DNA from: Balanoglossus misakiensis
Lineage: Eukaryota; Animalia; Hemichordata
Length of the DNA stretch: 64,000 nucleotides
Reading direction: 5' to 3'
Assembly (NCBI GenBank): GCA_040954595.2
Contig: CM082590.2
Span: forward strand, 7,316,001 to 7,380,000
Below, one piece after another: positions 61,997 through 64,000 of the stretch. Each line of letters opens with the position of its first letter. Position 1 is the first letter of the stretch. Made by a program: the position numbers and the translations under genes. The notes under the pieces were generated by a model. The model had not been told where the DNA came from. It saw only the letters and a program-made list of their open reading frames with translations, and did no database searches.

Positions 61997-63382
61997 GTTC
62001 CAATCGTGTTCATACATGTAGCTCTGCATGGCAGGGCTGTGTACGTCTTACAGCGATGCCTTCCCACCACATGCATGGCCGTAAGACACGTACACAGCCC
62101 TGCCACGCAGAGCTATTATACACATACCACTGCTCTAACCTACACGGTTCAACTTCAGTGGTTCACCTCAAACACGGTGACACGATAACACAATCAAGAA
62201 CCACGCCTCGAGAAGTGCCCGTATAGTGGGGGCCTGATCGTATATCACTAATAATTAAGTCACCAGCTACAAAGGATCTATTGTCTGGCGCCCCATAGAA
62301 ATGCCCTGGGCAATGTCGACGTCCTTATCTATCTGTACTATAGAAAGTGAATAATGTTTATCAATTCTAGATCTGTGCTTTTGTAGCCATGTTATGTAAC
62401 ACACACATCGATTCCCACAGTTGTCTATTTAAGACAAGAATTGTGTGTGGGAGTCTAGCGTGGTCTCACAATATTGGTGCATGGTAATATTACACAGAGA
62501 CTGGACTTGCTGCATGTATACGGTATAAACCGAATCATTTCTTAATTAAATACGTAGATTTAAGCAGATTTTATCGGGAGAAATCGGTCAGAAAGGTCCA
62601 GTCGCGTAAGTCACGTGATTGTCTACGCTGAGCGTAAAGTTTAATGTCCAACCCAAGCAAAGATTCGAAAAGTAGAAACAGTCACGCATGAATCAAGCGT
62701 CAGTAATGAGAAAATATTACACACGCAAAACACCAAGGGGCTGGTGAGTTTGTCCCAACCGTGACCAAAAAGCCATGTTAACTCACAGTCCGTGTATTAA
62801 TTGAGGGGAGTGTGGTTAATACTACGCCCATCCCTTCATGAACATGTTACGTGGCTGTGCAAGTTTACGGGACGTGCTTCGGATGGGAGGGGGAAGGGGG
62901 AGGGGGTTTGGAGTGGAGTGGAGCCCTAGAATTTACAGGTATGTGCACCCGGCTGACTTCTCAGAGATCAGTTTACAAATCCTCACTGTTTAGGTGTTTT
63001 CGTTCGTGAATAGACATTGTTGTACACAGCGACCTGTCATTCACTTGTCGTGGGGAAAACTGTACCTGGTTGACTCCAACCAGTATTTGCGTGTATCATA
63101 AGTATAAGAAACTTGGTGGTGTTCAAAATTGTCCTAAATATGGTCCATACATACCTGGCCTACTATTCTCGTCGTGGGAGCTAGTACGGTTACCGCTGTT
63201 CCGCTCAGCTAACTCGCAAAACACTGCTGGGTTTGGAGGCTGGTTATTCTATACGAACTGGGCCTAGGCACTTCAGTGAATGGTGGTGTCGATGGAATAC
63301 ACAATAGAACTTAGCATTTGAATGGTCCGGTTTTTCGGGTCGTCAATCCCTGGCTATAGTGACTCTCCCAATGCCCACAATA

Positions 63383-63598
63383 CTGTAGTGTAAAACACTT
63401 TATTTTCGCGAGCAATTAATTTTCGCCTAATACGCGAGAGCCAAAATAGCGTGAAAATAAAAAGTCGCGTAAATTGTTATTGAAGATAACGATGCAGTGA
63501 ATGAAATAAGAGAACGCGAAAATTAATACTCGCGAAACAATGGCCTCTCTCGATATCGCGAAAAATTTAACTCGCGAAAATAAAGTGTTTTATTACAG
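63383..63598. mobile_element. Family B MITE
   Basis: TA|CTGTA...TACAG|TA with family B interior. Confidence 0.8.
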
Positions 63599-64000
63599 TA
63601 ACAACTGTGATGCCACGCGTGTATTTTATTCTCAGCTCATACTAGTATACACACATATTTGCGGTGTAGAGACCAGGACATTGTCAGGGGGCTGTCTACA
63701 GGGCTAACCCCTCTACCGGGTCGCCAAATCATGTTTGCAAGGGGAAAGGAGTGGGCGGGTCCCCCGAACAAGAAATGTGCCCTACTTTATAAGGCTAGGA
63801 ACTCTCTCGCTGCCCCTTTTTCCATTAAAGATGTACGTTCAGTAAAATTGAAAGTATTGTCATTTTTTTTAATTGTGGATTTTTGTATGTATAATGAAAA
63901 TCCGTAATAAAATATAGGGGTCACCACGCTTGTTTTTGAAATACATGCAGAGCCATGAATTTGGTCGATAATAGAAGAAAACTGTTGACTCAGCATTTTT

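Overview
AT-rich, intron-rich animal genomic DNA, not prokaryotic. The repeat and gene content suggests a marine invertebrate, possibly a deuterostome such as a hemichordate, but this is inference. I spliced two convergent protein-coding genes by hand, and exon phases are consistent in both. (1) On the + strand is an RBPMS/couch potato/MEC-8 family RNA-binding protein with two RRMs: 10 coding exons at 31928-49577, first coding exon not located. (2) On the - strand is a complete 10-exon, 525-aa SLC1A/EAAT-family transporter at 61188-54077. The strongest novelty candidate is the transporter. Its frame is intact and its TM8 substrate residues are kept, but nearly every Na+/H+/K+ coupling residue is replaced (NMDGT->KSDGS, YE->FI, TM8 Asp->His, TM3 TT->VV, HP1 SSS->KTN). 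The RBPMS locus also shows several candidate self-regulatory splicing structures. The rest of the window is dense in non-autonomous DNA transposons (Kolobok-like, Tc1/mariner-like, piggyBac-like, Harbinger-like, Crypton-like) and in mini- and microsatellites. Almost all entries in the ORF track are spurious.
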